A stretch of 64,000 nt of DNA from Octopus sinensis (GCF_006345805.1 NC_043026.1:10540001-10604000), one strand, 5' to 3'. Positions 36,153-48,839 are shown, numbered from the stretch's first letter. Program-made: numbers and translations. The notes: generated by a model not told the origin, from the sequence alone.

Positions 36153-37124
36153 GGATCTTTTCTTTTTGAAGGCCAGATTTTCCTAGTTAACTAAACAATT
36201 TGAAACTTCGTATACTGGTAGAATGTGTCAAAAGAAAACATTATTGTAAACAAAATTGAAGACAAAATTGTAATTCGTAACTTAAACGTAGTTTAATTTT
36301 AAGAATTTTAACCAATGAAATCGCAGCATTCGAGCTCAAATTATTTACCTCTTCTTCTGTCTTCTACATGTGCTAGAAATAACAGCTATATCTCTTAAAT
36401 CGATTAATTTCGTCGCCCAATAAAGATATTAACGATATTTTTTGAATATTTTCTTTATTTTTTTTTACCGAAAAGGCTTCTCCCATGGTTTTGAAGGGCC
36501 AGAAACAACAAAAACAAAACAATAATATGCCTAAATCGGTCTCGAGTTTGCGCGTGGAGTGTTAGTCGTATTGTAAAAATTTGCAAAATATTTTTTCATA
36601 AAAGGATGCCCCCAGCTTGTCGGAAGCTGTGATATAAATTGGGAAAAACATCCTCGACACCAGTGCGTAATTGGTACTTAATTTATCGACCCCGAAATGA
36701 TGAAACATTGACCCCCCCCCCTTCTGTGCAAATTTGTTGCGGCAAGTGGCAAAACACAACGTGTATTTTTGCTTGTGTGCGTATGTGTGTGTATGTATAT
36801 GTCCGTTTGTATGTGTGTGTATGCTTATATATTAATTACTATGTGCTTGTGCAAATGTGTGTGTGTGTGTGTCGTGCGTCTGCTATATTTCTTTATCAAT
36901 ATCGATAACGCAGCAATGTTGGGATTTCATTGGTTAATATTCGAAGATGTTGGGATTTCATTGGTTAAAATTAGTAAAAATTAAACTACGTTTAAGTTAC
37001 AAATTACAATTTTGTTTTCAATTTTGTTTACAATAATGTTTTCTTTTGACACATTCTACCAGTATACGAAGTTTCAAATTTTTTAGTTAACTAGGAAAAT
37101 CTGGCCTTCAAAAAGAAAAGATCC
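36153..37124. mobile_element. MITE with ~170-bp TIRs ending in GGATC/GATCC
   Basis: 36153-~36325 is inverted at ~36950-37124. Related ends at 35882-36150 and 55105-55415. Superfamily not recognised. Confidence 0.75.
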
Positions 37125-37201
37125 GCAGAATATTATATATACATGCATATTCATATATAAACTCAGATATATATATATACACCTACAGATATATATACAT
37201 A

Positions 37202-40200
37202 CTAACAGCATAGCCCGGCGTTGCCCGGGTATGTAAGAGCCCCTAGTAGGCAACGACTAATCCCAATCTAGTTTCTTTCCCTCTAGGGAACGAAGGCGCA
37301 TGTGTAGGTTGCAATGTCTTCTCTTCACTCGAATACTTCTGTGTATACGATGTTCCTAGCTGTCCCTTTGGGCGAAAACATGAAAACATCATTGTGCCTC
37401 CCAACGCGTGAACAGCCCACGTAGAGTTGACCGTGGGCGAAACACTGTTCGCCCAAATGTAACCCAGCGACTTGTAGCGTTTGGCCTTGGGATTTATTGA
37501 TGGACATTGTGAAGCAGAGTTTGACAGGAAACTGAGAACGCCTGAAGTGGATTGGTAGGTCAGCCCCCGACGGTTGAAGGTGCATGCGTGGAATAAAGAC
37601 GTCCTCTCCCTTCCCACAACCGGTAAGTATTGTGGCCGTTATTAAATGTGGTGCCAAATGTTTCACAACCAGATGTGTGCCGTTGCACTCTTTAGGTGGA
37701 ACCAAATTCCTGATGAGCATAAAGGGCGCACCGACTTTTAACTTCAGGATGTGTGGCGGTAGGCCTGGCGGTTCAAGTGAATTCAGGAATTCAACAGGAT
37801 AATCGGCAACCTCGGCGGGGTCTGCTGTCCTATCTATAGATTTGTAGATGGGGACATCACCAGGAATAGCTTCAAGTAGCTGGATATTGATGGAGTTGAC
37901 CGTTGTATTTTTGGGTGCGAGAATAGCTCTGCCTGCCAGCCATTTTAGGTCGCGTAAATTGTTTTGTAGGTCGTTGAAGACAGCGTCCCGGAGGCTAGCA
38001 GGGGTGTCGACAGTGGTGCAAAGTGAATCCAATTGAACGCAGCCATCCACATTAGCCGGCATCCTATTTTCACCGAGCGATAAAAGGTCCCTGGAGAATG
38101 CAGTGGATCCGCTGTCACCAATCAACTGCGCGCGCATGTTAGCTTGGAGGTGCAAGGGCCGCACATGTACCCAAAGAGCTGACGACTTAAGGCACGCGCG
38201 CACGGCATCGGCACGGGTTCCTTTTGTAATAACAGGTAGAGTCTGCCTGAAGTCTCCTGAAAGAAGTTATGTCAATCCTCCCATGGGGGCCGTAGAGTCT
38301 CTGGTGTCTTGCAGGGACCTGTCCAGTGCCTCAAGGGCGCCTTTGTGTGCCATAGTGCACTCGTCCCATACGATGAGTTTGCATCTGCACAGAATGTCGG
38401 CCTGTTCTGAGTTCTTGGCGATGTTGCAGATAGGTGACTCGGACTTTGCCAGATCGAGCGGGAGTCTGAAGGCAGAGCGGGCGGTTCTGCCACCCGGAAG
38501 CAACGTGGCCGCGATACCAGAGGAAGCTACAGCCAGGGCAATGTCTGTGTTGCGTCTGACCTCCGCCAGAAATAGTTTCGTGATGAAGGTTTTGCCAGTG
38601 CCGTCAGGTGCGTCAAGGAAGTAAATCCCCCGACGTTGCTGTCTGACAGAGTCTACGATGGTGTTGTAGGCTATGCGCTGGTCTGGAAGCAGTCGTGGTT
38701 CATTATCTTGGATGTACTGGTGTAGTTCCACAATGCAGTAGGAAGTTTCGCGTAACAATTCAGCAGACATAACATTGGCGTGTTCACGTGTGGGTGGTGG
38801 AAGGCCGTACTCCGTTAAAGCAGAGCCACCCATATCGATAACAGCGTCTTCGAGTTGAATAAGCGCAAAATTGTAAATGAAGTTGGTGAACGTGATCTCG
38901 GCGGAAGGGCAGTGTTGCTGAGTCGTACGTAAGAAGTCCTGCGACATGTCATCCCTGTATTTCATCCAGAGACTTAGTGGGTCACTAAGCTGACATTTTT
39001 GAAGAAGGATTGCGAAAAGATGTCGTAGGGCCGAAGGCGTTTGCAGTAAAGCGCCCTCTGCCATAGTGGCGTCCCACTGGGAGTCATCCTCTAGAAGGCC
39101 AAGTCTCATACATGCTTCCCTGAAGGTGTCGCACAGAACCCTATTGACGGTACGTATATTGCCGAAACCTGTTGGACAAGGGACCTCATGTAGAAGGAGA
39201 CGGAGGTAGAAGCATTCGTGCTGGTTTGGCGGGATGTTGTAAACTCGACCCAGACAGGAGTCAAACTTGATGCCTGGGAAGCCTTTGACGTTTTTGCCGG
39301 ATTTCCGTCGAACGCAGGTGTTGTTAGACCACACGAAGTACGATGGGACCTGGGGGTACAAAAGCGTTCGAGCGAAGTCATCACGTTGGCATAATTTGAA
39401 GAAACCGGTCAACGTTGTGTCTTTAGGGTTGGTGGCTACCTGCGCAGCAGTTTGCTCTGTGAAGTAAATCCGCTGTCCATTTTCCAAGTGTTCAGCAAGC
39501 TGCACCATAGCCGGGTGTCTCTGATGGAGCGGGAAGCCGCAAATGCGCCAAAACGCTTCGTTGCTGCTGAGGTACCGGCCTGCCAAGTAGTTGAACACTT
39601 CGTCACGACTGGTGGTCCTCTGGATGCTGAACATGGCAGCATCGATGCCCTTGTTGACATATTTGCAGACATATTGTATTGACCTGATGGAGCTGCAGAA
39701 CTCAACGTTGACGTGGGCTTTGAATATCTTCGACAGGAGAGGACAGTAGGGGACAATGTAGCTGTTGTCCACTTGATGTCGCCCAACCGTAATCGTGCGG
39801 CCTCCATTGGCTGGACTCCTTCGTTTGTACAGCGGATACCCATCGCCGCCTGTTTGAGTCTCCAAAGTGAACCGTTTAGGGAATCCCTTTGAGCAGGCTA
39901 ATCCATTTTTGCAGCATGGTGTGTTGGCGTAATTTGGTCCACAGGGCCCGTGCACCATGGTAGTGCGGACAATTTCGTACAGTTCGGGGTCTTCATCGGG
40001 ATCAGGAATCTCGGCGGAAATGAATTTGTCAATGTCATTAGTCTCGATTTTATTAGTTAGCCAAATTAAGATGTGAGCATGTGGCAAGCCCCTCTTTTGC
40101 CACTCGACCGAAAGCATGTGGCACCTGGCATGCCCGAAAATCTGACCCTTAACTATCAAATCCATCATTTTGCCCAAATTCAGACGGAAAACCCAAGCAA

Positions 40201-43200
40201 CGATGTCGTGTTGATGGGTGTGAGAGTGACCCGGGAGGAGTTCGCGAGTGATTTCGTTGCAGTTGGGATTGCACGTGTAGGTGATAAAGAGGTCCGGCCG
40301 GCCGTAAATGCGCACGTAGGTCAAGGCGTCTTGGGTCCTTTCATGCATATATCGTGGTCCTCCCGTGAAGGTGGAGGGTAGAATGCATGGCTTGCCGATG
40401 TTGCGAGGGTCATTTTCTTGTTGCAAGCCGTCACGGAGATGAATGTAGGAATCGGAGCGAAGATTAAGTTTAATGTATAGCAGTCTTTCCGATTCCATTT
40501 TGGCGGCCATGTCGACGGCGAACTGGTTGAATAGCTGACGACAACGGGGCAATAAGTTGAACTCACCCTCCCTAACCATGAACCAGTATGAGTAGAACGC
40601 TCTGCAGGAAACCGTCTTTGATGCCGCAGTAGTTTGATTGGAGGCTGCGGTAAAGGAATTCCGAAGTGGTAGCCGTCTTCCCCATAAGGGAAAAGCAATG
40701 GATACTGAAGCGTGTCATAAGATCTGTGAGTCTCGCTGATCCTGCGTAGGCTGTTACCACGGGAGGAGATGATTATGTCACGGCTGTTGTGTTACTCTCC
40801 GTGTATGACTGCGGCAATTTCGTAGCACGCAGGTGCGTTGAAACGGCGTTCGTGCACCCCGTGGGGTCGTTTATCAGCATCAATGACAACGGTGAAGTTT
40901 GGAGACGGAGCACTGTCCAAGGCATACCTGAACCTGCAGACGTAGCTGTTGATATCATGAAGCATGGTTTGGAGACGGAGAAGAACGACTTTGCGGGAAA
41001 CATAGCATGTACCCGGTATTATTCCAAGGCATGCATCAACCTGCTGGTTGTAGTCGGCAATGAAGTAGATTTGGAGGAAAGAAGACTGCTGAATCTCATC
41101 TGGCAGAAGTGACCCAATAAGATGGTAGACCTGTCCCTGCAATTTGAAAGTAGGCATCCAGCCTTCTCTAGGAGGAATTTTGGCCCCGAAAGAGGTCATT
41201 TGGAATGAGCAGTTGTACTTTCGAATGATTTCAAGGAATTGTGACGATTCAGGGGTTAAACCCGCTGCGAGATCCTTCAGTGGTTGAGGTTGTTCCCGTA
41301 GGGGTGGCAGGTCCACTTTGCCACCAGAGCAGCACAAACAAGGTGGCTCTCTGGGCCATTTCTTGGCTTTGCAAAACTGGCATACAATTGTCATTGACCC
41401 TATCTTGATGTCGTCACGCAAGGAGAAGTTAATTGTGGTGTCGTAGTTGAATGCTAGTGACGACCAGAAATCGGGGGCAGGGGTACGTACACCACGAATG
41501 ATATCCCGACGTTGGTTGATACTCTCAAGTCGAGTGCGCCGTGCCTCAGCAGATTGAGATGCGCGTGCGACAGCGGTAGCAGTGGCATCCCTTGAAAGCC
41601 TTTCAGCTCTCGCCTCAGCACCCTCTGAAGCCCTAGCAGAAGCAGTGTTAATGGCATCTCTGGATGTCCGAATAGTTTGTTGGTCTGGAGTTTCGGCAGA
41701 TCGGGCCATGGCTGTGTTTGCGGCGTTAGGTTCTTGGCGAGCTCTCCTCTGTTGAGGTGTTTCGGCAGATCGGGCCATGGCTGTGTTTGCAGCGTCAGCA
41801 GCTTGGCGAGTTTTCCTCTGCTGTGGGGTTTCGACAGATCGTGTCCTGGTGGTGCTAGCAGCGTTAGCCGCATTCCGATTGGCCCTTTGTTCGGGGTTCT
41901 CGTGAGCTCTGCTGATGGAAGCACAGGAAGAAGCCCGCATGTTTTGCCTGGACTGTTGCTCTTTCGTCAACCTCGAGCGGAGGGAAGATCTGTACGCTGC
42001 GGCCTTTGCAAGTCGGGTAGAACAGTCGCTAGTAGTTTCAGATGCCTGAGCAGCGGCAGAACGGGAAGCTTTTTGCGAGAGGCGCAAAGCGGTTTCCTCG
42101 TGGGTCTCGCGTGCCCTTCTAGCCCTAGCAGCCGATGCCTTGGACGTCCGAGGGCTGAGGAGCTTCCTTCTCTTCTTGGGTGGCATTTTGGTGGATAGCA
42201 ATGTGTTTGGCAAAGGTGTAATAAAAAGGAACACGTGGGTAAGTATCTCAAAATGTATGAAAAGGTGCAAAAATGGAAAAAAAGCGGGCAGCAATGTGAG
42301 TGACAACAATGAAAAAGTGACCAAACTGAACAAACAAATGGAAATGGTTTTTTGGTGCACACGACAAAAGCGGCTTAGAGTTTGCAATTAGCGTCCGAGA
42401 ACCCTTAGGGTACGTCAAAAATTTAAGGTAAAACGTTTGGGGTGGTAGTTATAAAGAAAGTTTAAACAAAAAAAGTATTCGAATAACTTGCGGCTGCAGC
42501 AGCGATTAGCAGAAGTAGGCCAACGTGTGAAGCGAGCGGGTGTGAACCGAGAGAAGAAGTGGGAGTCACAAACTACGCGCACAACTGAGTGTGTCAGTGC
42601 ATGTGATTGGCCAAAGGGTGTTTAATTGAGAGCATTGTTCACCGTTTGGGGAGCCAATAGGAAGAGCTGCAATCATCGTGTCAAGGACACACGCGCACGT
42701 GCGCACACAACCGCAAACGCATCTACAGCCCAACATTGCTCGGATTTGAAGCAAAAGGAAAACATATGCCATTTGTAGTAGTCTTTATGATAAAAGCGGC
42801 AAAAATCGACTAAATCGCCTGAAATTCGCTATGTGTGCCACATATGATGTAATTAACTGATTTTTTCCAGTAATAACGTATCCTATTGGAATCAAAAGGG
42901 TCATATAGCTCCTTGGAGCAGACATGATGCTCGCTATGAATTTCCAAAAAAATTCCTGCCAATTTGTTAAAGATATTGTTGAAAATATGTCATCTTGAAT
43001 TTGAACGCGATTTCCCAAAATGGCATGATTTTATCGAATTTTTTCTGATGGTAAGGTATTGCATGAAAAACTAATGCCAGAATTAAGTTCCTTAGGGTAA
43101 CATTAAGCTTCACCATGAGTTTGGTGAAAATCGATTGCAAGTTGCGAAAACTACAACGGAAAATGTGTTGCATACGATAAGCTTAGATTCTCGACCCCAT

Positions 43201-43376
43201 GTCAAATTTATCGAATTTTTTCAGAACTGGGGGAACTTTTCAAACTTTTCGCTGCGTTAGTTTTGAATTATGATATTGGGCTATGTGTGTGTCAAGTTTC
43301 GTTAGAGTCGGTTGAAAGCCGTGGTCAGGGTGAGGGTACAACCTGACAGACAAACTGCCTTTTATATATAGAGAGA
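37202..43376 (-). mobile_element. Near-complete autonomous-type Helitron
   Basis: 5' A|TCTCTCTATATATAAAA at 43376; 3' hairpin CCCGG/CCGGG (37214-37229) and terminal TTAG|T at 37202; encodes RepHel. Confidence 0.93.
37325..42186 (-). pseudogene. Helitron RepHel (HUH Rep plus PIF1-like SF1 helicase), disrupted
   Basis: PDLFITYTCNP, VEWQKRGLPHAHILIW, YVCKYVNKG, APDGTGKT, IVWDE, GDFRQTLP, KSQGQT, HGQLYVGCSRV. In-frame TAA at 40792-40794 and 38267-38269; one frameshift near 40650. Confidence 0.92.
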
Positions 43377-43379
43377 TAT

Positions 43380-44110
43380 ATATAAAGTAGAGATTCTGTC
43401 CATTTGTGTTTGTTTATTTGTTTGTCCTCCAAAATGAAAGTAAATGGTTCAAGGGAAACTGTTTTACTTTTTCTTATGTTATTTATATATATATAAAAGA
43501 AATTCTGTCCGTTTGTGTTTGTCCTTCAAAATCAAAGTAAATGGTTCAAGGGGAACTATTATGCTTTTACTTCTTACCTAGGGAAACTATTATACTTTTC
43601 CTTCTTATCTTATTTATAGACATAAAAGAGAGATTCTGTCCATTTGTGTGTTTGTTTGTCCTCAGAAATGAAAGTAAATGGTTCAAGGGAAACTATTATG
43701 CTTTTTTTCTTATCCAGGGAAACTACAATGCTTTTTCCTTTTATCTTTATCTATCTATCTATATATATATATATATGACAGAGATTCTGTCTGTTTGTCC
43801 TCCAAAATGAAAGTAAATGGTTCAGGGAAAACTATTGTTTTTTTACTTCTTATTTACATATATATATAAAAGAGAGATTCTGTTGGTTTGTATGTTTGTT
43901 TGTCCTCCAAAATGAAAGTAAATGGATCAAAGGAAGCTATTATGCTGTTGCCTAACCTCTCTCAACAAAAATTATGCAATGGTAAAAGATTGTGCACAAA
44001 CCAATGAGGCCCATATTCTCACTGGTTGTGGTAAAGGTGACTCTGTGTTCATTCCTCACACACCAGTTATACCAGTTTCTGGAGAGATTGCATCTTTTCT
44101 TTGGTGGCAT
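43380..44110 (+). mobile_element. Tandem array of about five Helitron-like 5' ends plus a helicase remnant
   Basis: Unit of ~110-150 bp, TATAAA..AGAGATTCTGTC..TTTGTCCTCCAAAATGAAAGTAAATGG, then KLCNGKRL and EAHILTGCGKGDSVFIP. Confidence 0.7.
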
Positions 44111-44259
44111 ATTTTTTTCAATATTGTAAACCAAAAATTATGAACACAGACTAAATTACACAGTAATCTCTATTATTGTAAGCAGTTGTATGTATGATGC
44201 ATGTCTTTATTTCTGTATGCAGTATCTATTCATATAGATGTATGACTATCAACTATTAA

Positions 44260-44715
44260 CGGAGGTGCAATGGCCCAGTAGTTAGGGCAGCGGACTCGCA
44301 GTTATAGGATTGCTGTTTTGATTCCCAAGCCGGGCGTTGTATTTATTGAGCAAAAACACCTAAATCTCCATGAAGCTCTGGCAGGGGCTGGTGGCGAACC
44401 CTGCTGTATTCTTTCACCACCACTTTCTTTCTTCCTGTTTCTGTTCTACCTGTATTTCAAAGGGCCAGCCTTGTCACACTCTGTGTCACGCTGAATCTCC
44501 CCCGAGAGCTACGTTAAGGGTACACATGTCTGTGGAGTGCTTAGCCACTTGCATGTCAATTCCATGGGCAGGCTGTTTCGTTGATCGGATCAACTGGAAC
44601 TCTTGTCCTAACTGACAGAGTGCCACAAATATTAACCAAATATAAACAAATATAATGGCGGTGCCCCAGCATGGCCACAGCTCATAAGCTGAAACTAGAA
44701 TCAATCAATCAATCA
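44260..44715 (+). mobile_element. SINE family C with CR1-like tail and (AATC)n
   Basis: tRNA-like head. Body AAAGGGCCAGCCTTGTCACAC also at ~25055-25235 and 52510-52630. Tail GGCGGTGCCCCAGCATGGCCACAG...GCTGAAACTA. Confidence 0.7.
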
Positions 44716-44914
44716 ATCAAATTAACCAAATACAAGCATTTGTATGAACTGCTAATTTAACAGTAAATTTGCAACTGACATACCATTCTGCTGTCATAGC
44801 CGTAAAGACAGAAAATTGCCAATGGATAATGCCATTCACATTGGGATATAATTCGAATTAAAAGTAGAAGAATAAAAATGAAACAAAATTACATGACATT
44901 CCGTTGAGGCAAGT

Positions 44915-45392
44915 GGAAATCAGAAATCAGAACCAAAATTGAAGTCGATCAACATCAATGGAAATTGCAGCTGTGATACCAGTGCCGGTGGCACGTAAAA
45001 AGCACCGCCCAATCGTGGCCGTTGCCAGCCTCGCCTGTCCACCGTGCCGGTGACACATAAAAAGCACCATCCGATTCACGGTCGTTGCCAGCCTTGCCTG
45101 GCCCCCGTAAAAAGCACCATCAGAACATGGCCGTTGCCAGCGTCGCCCTGACTGGCCTCCGTGCCGGTGGCACGTAAAAAGCACCATCTGTCCGTGGCCG
45201 TTTGCCAGTCCCGTCTGGCACGTAAAAAGCACCCACTACACTCACGGAGTGGTTGGCGTTAGGAAGGGCATCCAACCGTAGAAACATTGCCATATCAGAC
45301 TGGGCCTGGTGCAGCCTTCTGGCTTCCCAGACCCCAGTTGAACCGTCCAACCCATGCTAGCATGGAAAGCGGACGCTAAATGATGATGATGC
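44915..45392 (+). mobile_element. RTE-tail non-autonomous repeat with internally amplified GGCACGTAAAAAGCACC modules
   Basis: Tail GCATGGAAAGCGGACG.TAAA.(GAT)n. Other copies at 46905-47240 (+), 49793-50045 (+) and 53020-53310 (-). Confidence 0.8.
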
Positions 45393-46491
45393 ATAGAGAT
45401 GTTATTCTTTCACTTTTGACATGAAATGCCAAACCATTGCCAATGTTATATTGTTTTAATGCAAATGAACCCCCCAAAAAAAGTAACATGTTAACACTCA
45501 CAGGGTCTGATACTATTATCGTGTAAAATTTGATTTAATTTGGTTGAGCTGTCTGAGAATGCATTGGGAACAGACAGGCAAAGAATTTTATATAAATAGA
45601 TTATATAATTGCCATTACTGCATTGATAAATAATAACATGTGCAAGTCACTTATTGTTATCGTTTAATAAACAAACAGAAATTCATCTTTCTCCTACTTC
45701 AATTATTGCATGTTTTTTTCTTTCATGACACACAAGCATGTATCTGACTCATACATTGTTCACTTCCCAGACATTTGTACATTACTGCATATGCTTTATA
45801 CGTACTTTATGACAAGTTGTGGTGCACCTGAGCACTGTATACAATAATTTCATTATTTTTTTATGAGTGAAACAAGTACACGAATAAAAGTATATACATA
45901 TATACACATACATAATATACATATACACGTACACAATATATAACACACACACATACATAATATATGTTTATATAAAAGAAGGGAAATGTTAAAGTTGGCA
46001 TTTAAAAGGAGACAGGGAAAGAGAGAACAAAGTAAAAGAGAAGGACATATGAAGGATATAAAATAGGAAAGGGAGGGTTGTTATTATTATTGTCGGAGCA
46101 CTGCATCCTTCAAAACTTCCATGCTTCCTGAGATTCGCCAACACTACACCTGATTTTCTCCCCTCCATACACACGCAAGCATGTATCTGACTCATACACT
46201 GGTCGCTTTCCAGACATTTGTACATTACTGCATATGCTTTATACGCACTTTTGACAAGTTGTGGTGCACCCGAGCACTGTATACAATAATTTCATTATTT
46301 TTATTATCAATAATTGCCATTACTGGATTGATAAATACAATAAATCATAAAATTCTTTTATTATTGTCATGTAACAAACAAACAGAAGTTCATGCATAAA
46401 ATTTATCTTTTTTCTAATTCAATTATTACATATTTTTTATTATAACAATACACACATACAGGAGGAGTAAATTATATATATAATAATACTT

Positions 46492-46595
46492 GAGTTTCGG
46501 ATGCCAAGATGGAAATTCATGCCGCCATCTCTTCAGTTATGGCCGCATAATTGAAGAGATGGCGGTGTGAATTTCCACCTCGGCATCCAGAACTC
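46492..46595. repeat. 50-bp-stem imperfect hairpin with 4-nt loop
   Basis: Arms 46492-46541 and 46546-46595; 43 Watson-Crick pairs, 4 G-T, 3 A-C; loop GCCG. Confidence 0.9.
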
Positions 46596-46709
46596 ATGAG
46601 TTTTATCTTGGCCACCGAATAATTGTCACATATTACATTTACAGATAATTTCCTCTATTTACATAATATCGAGGTCTCTTTCTTTCTTTTATCTTACCAT
46701 TTTTATCAA

Positions 46710-46896
46710 TCGTCCGGGTTGCAGATCCGTGGAATAAGCTGCCGGACGAGATAGTGAAGATGCCGAAGACCGCTCGGTTGAAGGTCTCTCTTGACCAGAA
46801 ATGGCCTGAATTCTTTGCATGAACACCCCTGTACATAACTCCATGTCCCCCTACATGGCCTAGCTTTTTGCTTTTTGAGCCAACTTAACTTAACTT
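46710..46896 (+). mobile_element. CR1-like LINE extreme 3' end (third family)
   Basis: RVADPWNKLPDEIVKMPKTARLKVSLD, then an (AACTT)n tail. Confidence 0.7.
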
Positions 46897-47499
46897 ATAT
46901 ATATATATGGAAAGGAAATGGAAATTGCAGCTGTGGTACCAGTGCAGGTGGTACGTAAGAGAACCATCTGAATGTGGCCGTTGCCAGCGCTGCCCCGACT
47001 GGCCTCTGTGCCGGTGGTACGTAAAAAGCACCATCCGATCGTGGCCATTTGCCAGCCTCGCCTGGCACGTAAAAAGCACCCACTACACTCACGGAGTGGT
47101 TGGCGTTAGGAAGGGCATCCAGCCGTAGAAACATTGCCAGATCAGACTGGGCCTGGTGCAGCCTTCTGGCTTCCCAGACCCCAGTTGAACCGTCCAACCC
47201 ATGATAGCATGGAAAGCGGACGCTAAACGATGATGATGAAGTTATCAAGAAACTATATATAAGGAAAATACTAACATAATTATCAAAGGGCAGTACCTAT
47301 TCTATTGGAGTAAACTCAAGTAAAAGTAGACAATTACTGTAGAAAATTTACTCACAGAAATTACTGCCTAGGGTGCCACCTATGGTCCACAATGGAGCAA
47401 GTCTAAGTAGAGTAGTCTCTCCAATTGGTCAATTACAATTTGAACTGAGGTCACAAGTTAAAACCATTAGAAAGGATTTGTTTGTAAAATAAAATAAGA

Positions 47500-48351
47500 A
47501 AAACGTTAAGGCAGGAGAAGTTAATGATTTACCACAGATATTACAGGAATATGTCTCTCTTGAATGAACATGTTTGTGAGAAGTTTAAGTACTACTTTGA
47601 TAGAATGATTTACCACAGATATTACAGTGATATGGCTTCTATCCTGTATGGACACGTTTGTGTGTAGTCATGATATTACTTTGAGAGAATGATTTACCAC
47701 AAATGTGACAATTTAAGGCACTTCGATGAGAGAATGATGTACCACAGGTATCACAATAATATGGCTTCTCTCCTGTATGAATACGTGTATGTCTAGTCAA
47801 TGTAGCACTTACGGAGAATGACTTGCCACAGAATTCACAGTGAAACGGCCTTTCCCCTGTATAAACATGTATGTGAGAACTTAAAGCGCTTCGGTCAGAG
47901 AATGATGTACCACAGACATCACAGTGATAAGGCTTCTCTCCTGTATGAAGACGTTTGTGTCTATGCAAGTAACATTTTTGAAAGAATGATTTACTACAGA
48001 TGTCACAGTGAAATGGCTTCTTCCCCGTATGGAAACACATTTGTGAATTAAAAGCACTTCGATGAGAGAATGACGTAAAACAGACATCACAATGATAAGG
48101 CTTCTCTCCTGTATGAATGTTTGTGTGTAGTCAAGCTAATGTTTTTAGAGAAAGATTTCTCACAAATCATCATCATTATCACCGTTACAGTGAAATGGCT
48201 TCTCCCCTGTATGAACACTTTGTATGTAAGACTTTAAGGCACTTTGGTCAGAGAATGATGTGCTGCAGACATCACAGTGGTAAGACTTCTCTCTAGTATG
48301 AATACGTTTGTGTGTAATCAAGTTACTACACTGAGGGACTGAAGACGTAAT
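47500..48351 (-). pseudogene. Degenerate C2H2 finger array downstream of ZNF-B
   Basis: About 9-10 finger units with stops, indels and lost ligands; same strand and codon style as ZNF-B. Confidence 0.8.
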
Positions 48352-48827
48352 CTGAAATAAATTTCTTAATTTCATTAATGTTTTTACTCAGTAGAGTTAA
48401 GTGGGTCGTCATAAACTGGTGTGATAAATAGTGGGTCACGACTCTAAAAAGTTTGGGAACCACTGAACTAGACTAAAGGATTCTTTTGACTTCATGATGC
48501 TTCTGCTCTTTTGCTACCCTCTTAAAAAAGTGCAGGCTGCATTTCATTGTGGCCCCAACATCAGTAAGGTTCCTTATACACCCAGTAAGTTTATAAATTA
48601 TTTAAAAAGTATAGGAGTGATCACCAGGACGCATTGAACCTGATGTTAATTCTATTATTGAGCGTAGCAAGAGACAGGATCATCCTTCTGACAGGCCTCA
48701 CTGAAGATGTAATCTGAAATAAATTTCTTAATTTCATTAATGCTTTTACTCAGTAGAGTTAAGTGGGTCGTCATAAACTGGTGTGATAAATAGTGGGTCG
48801 CGACTCTAAAAAGTTTGGGAACCACTG
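48340..48827 (-). mobile_element. hAT/Charlie-like end fragments in tandem
   Basis: ~128-bp block ending AAGTTTGGGAACCACTG at 48465 and 48827; flanks AACTAGAC and TTCTAGTG resemble the Charlie NTCTAGAN target. Confidence 0.7.
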
Positions 48828-48839
48828 TTCTAGTGTTAA

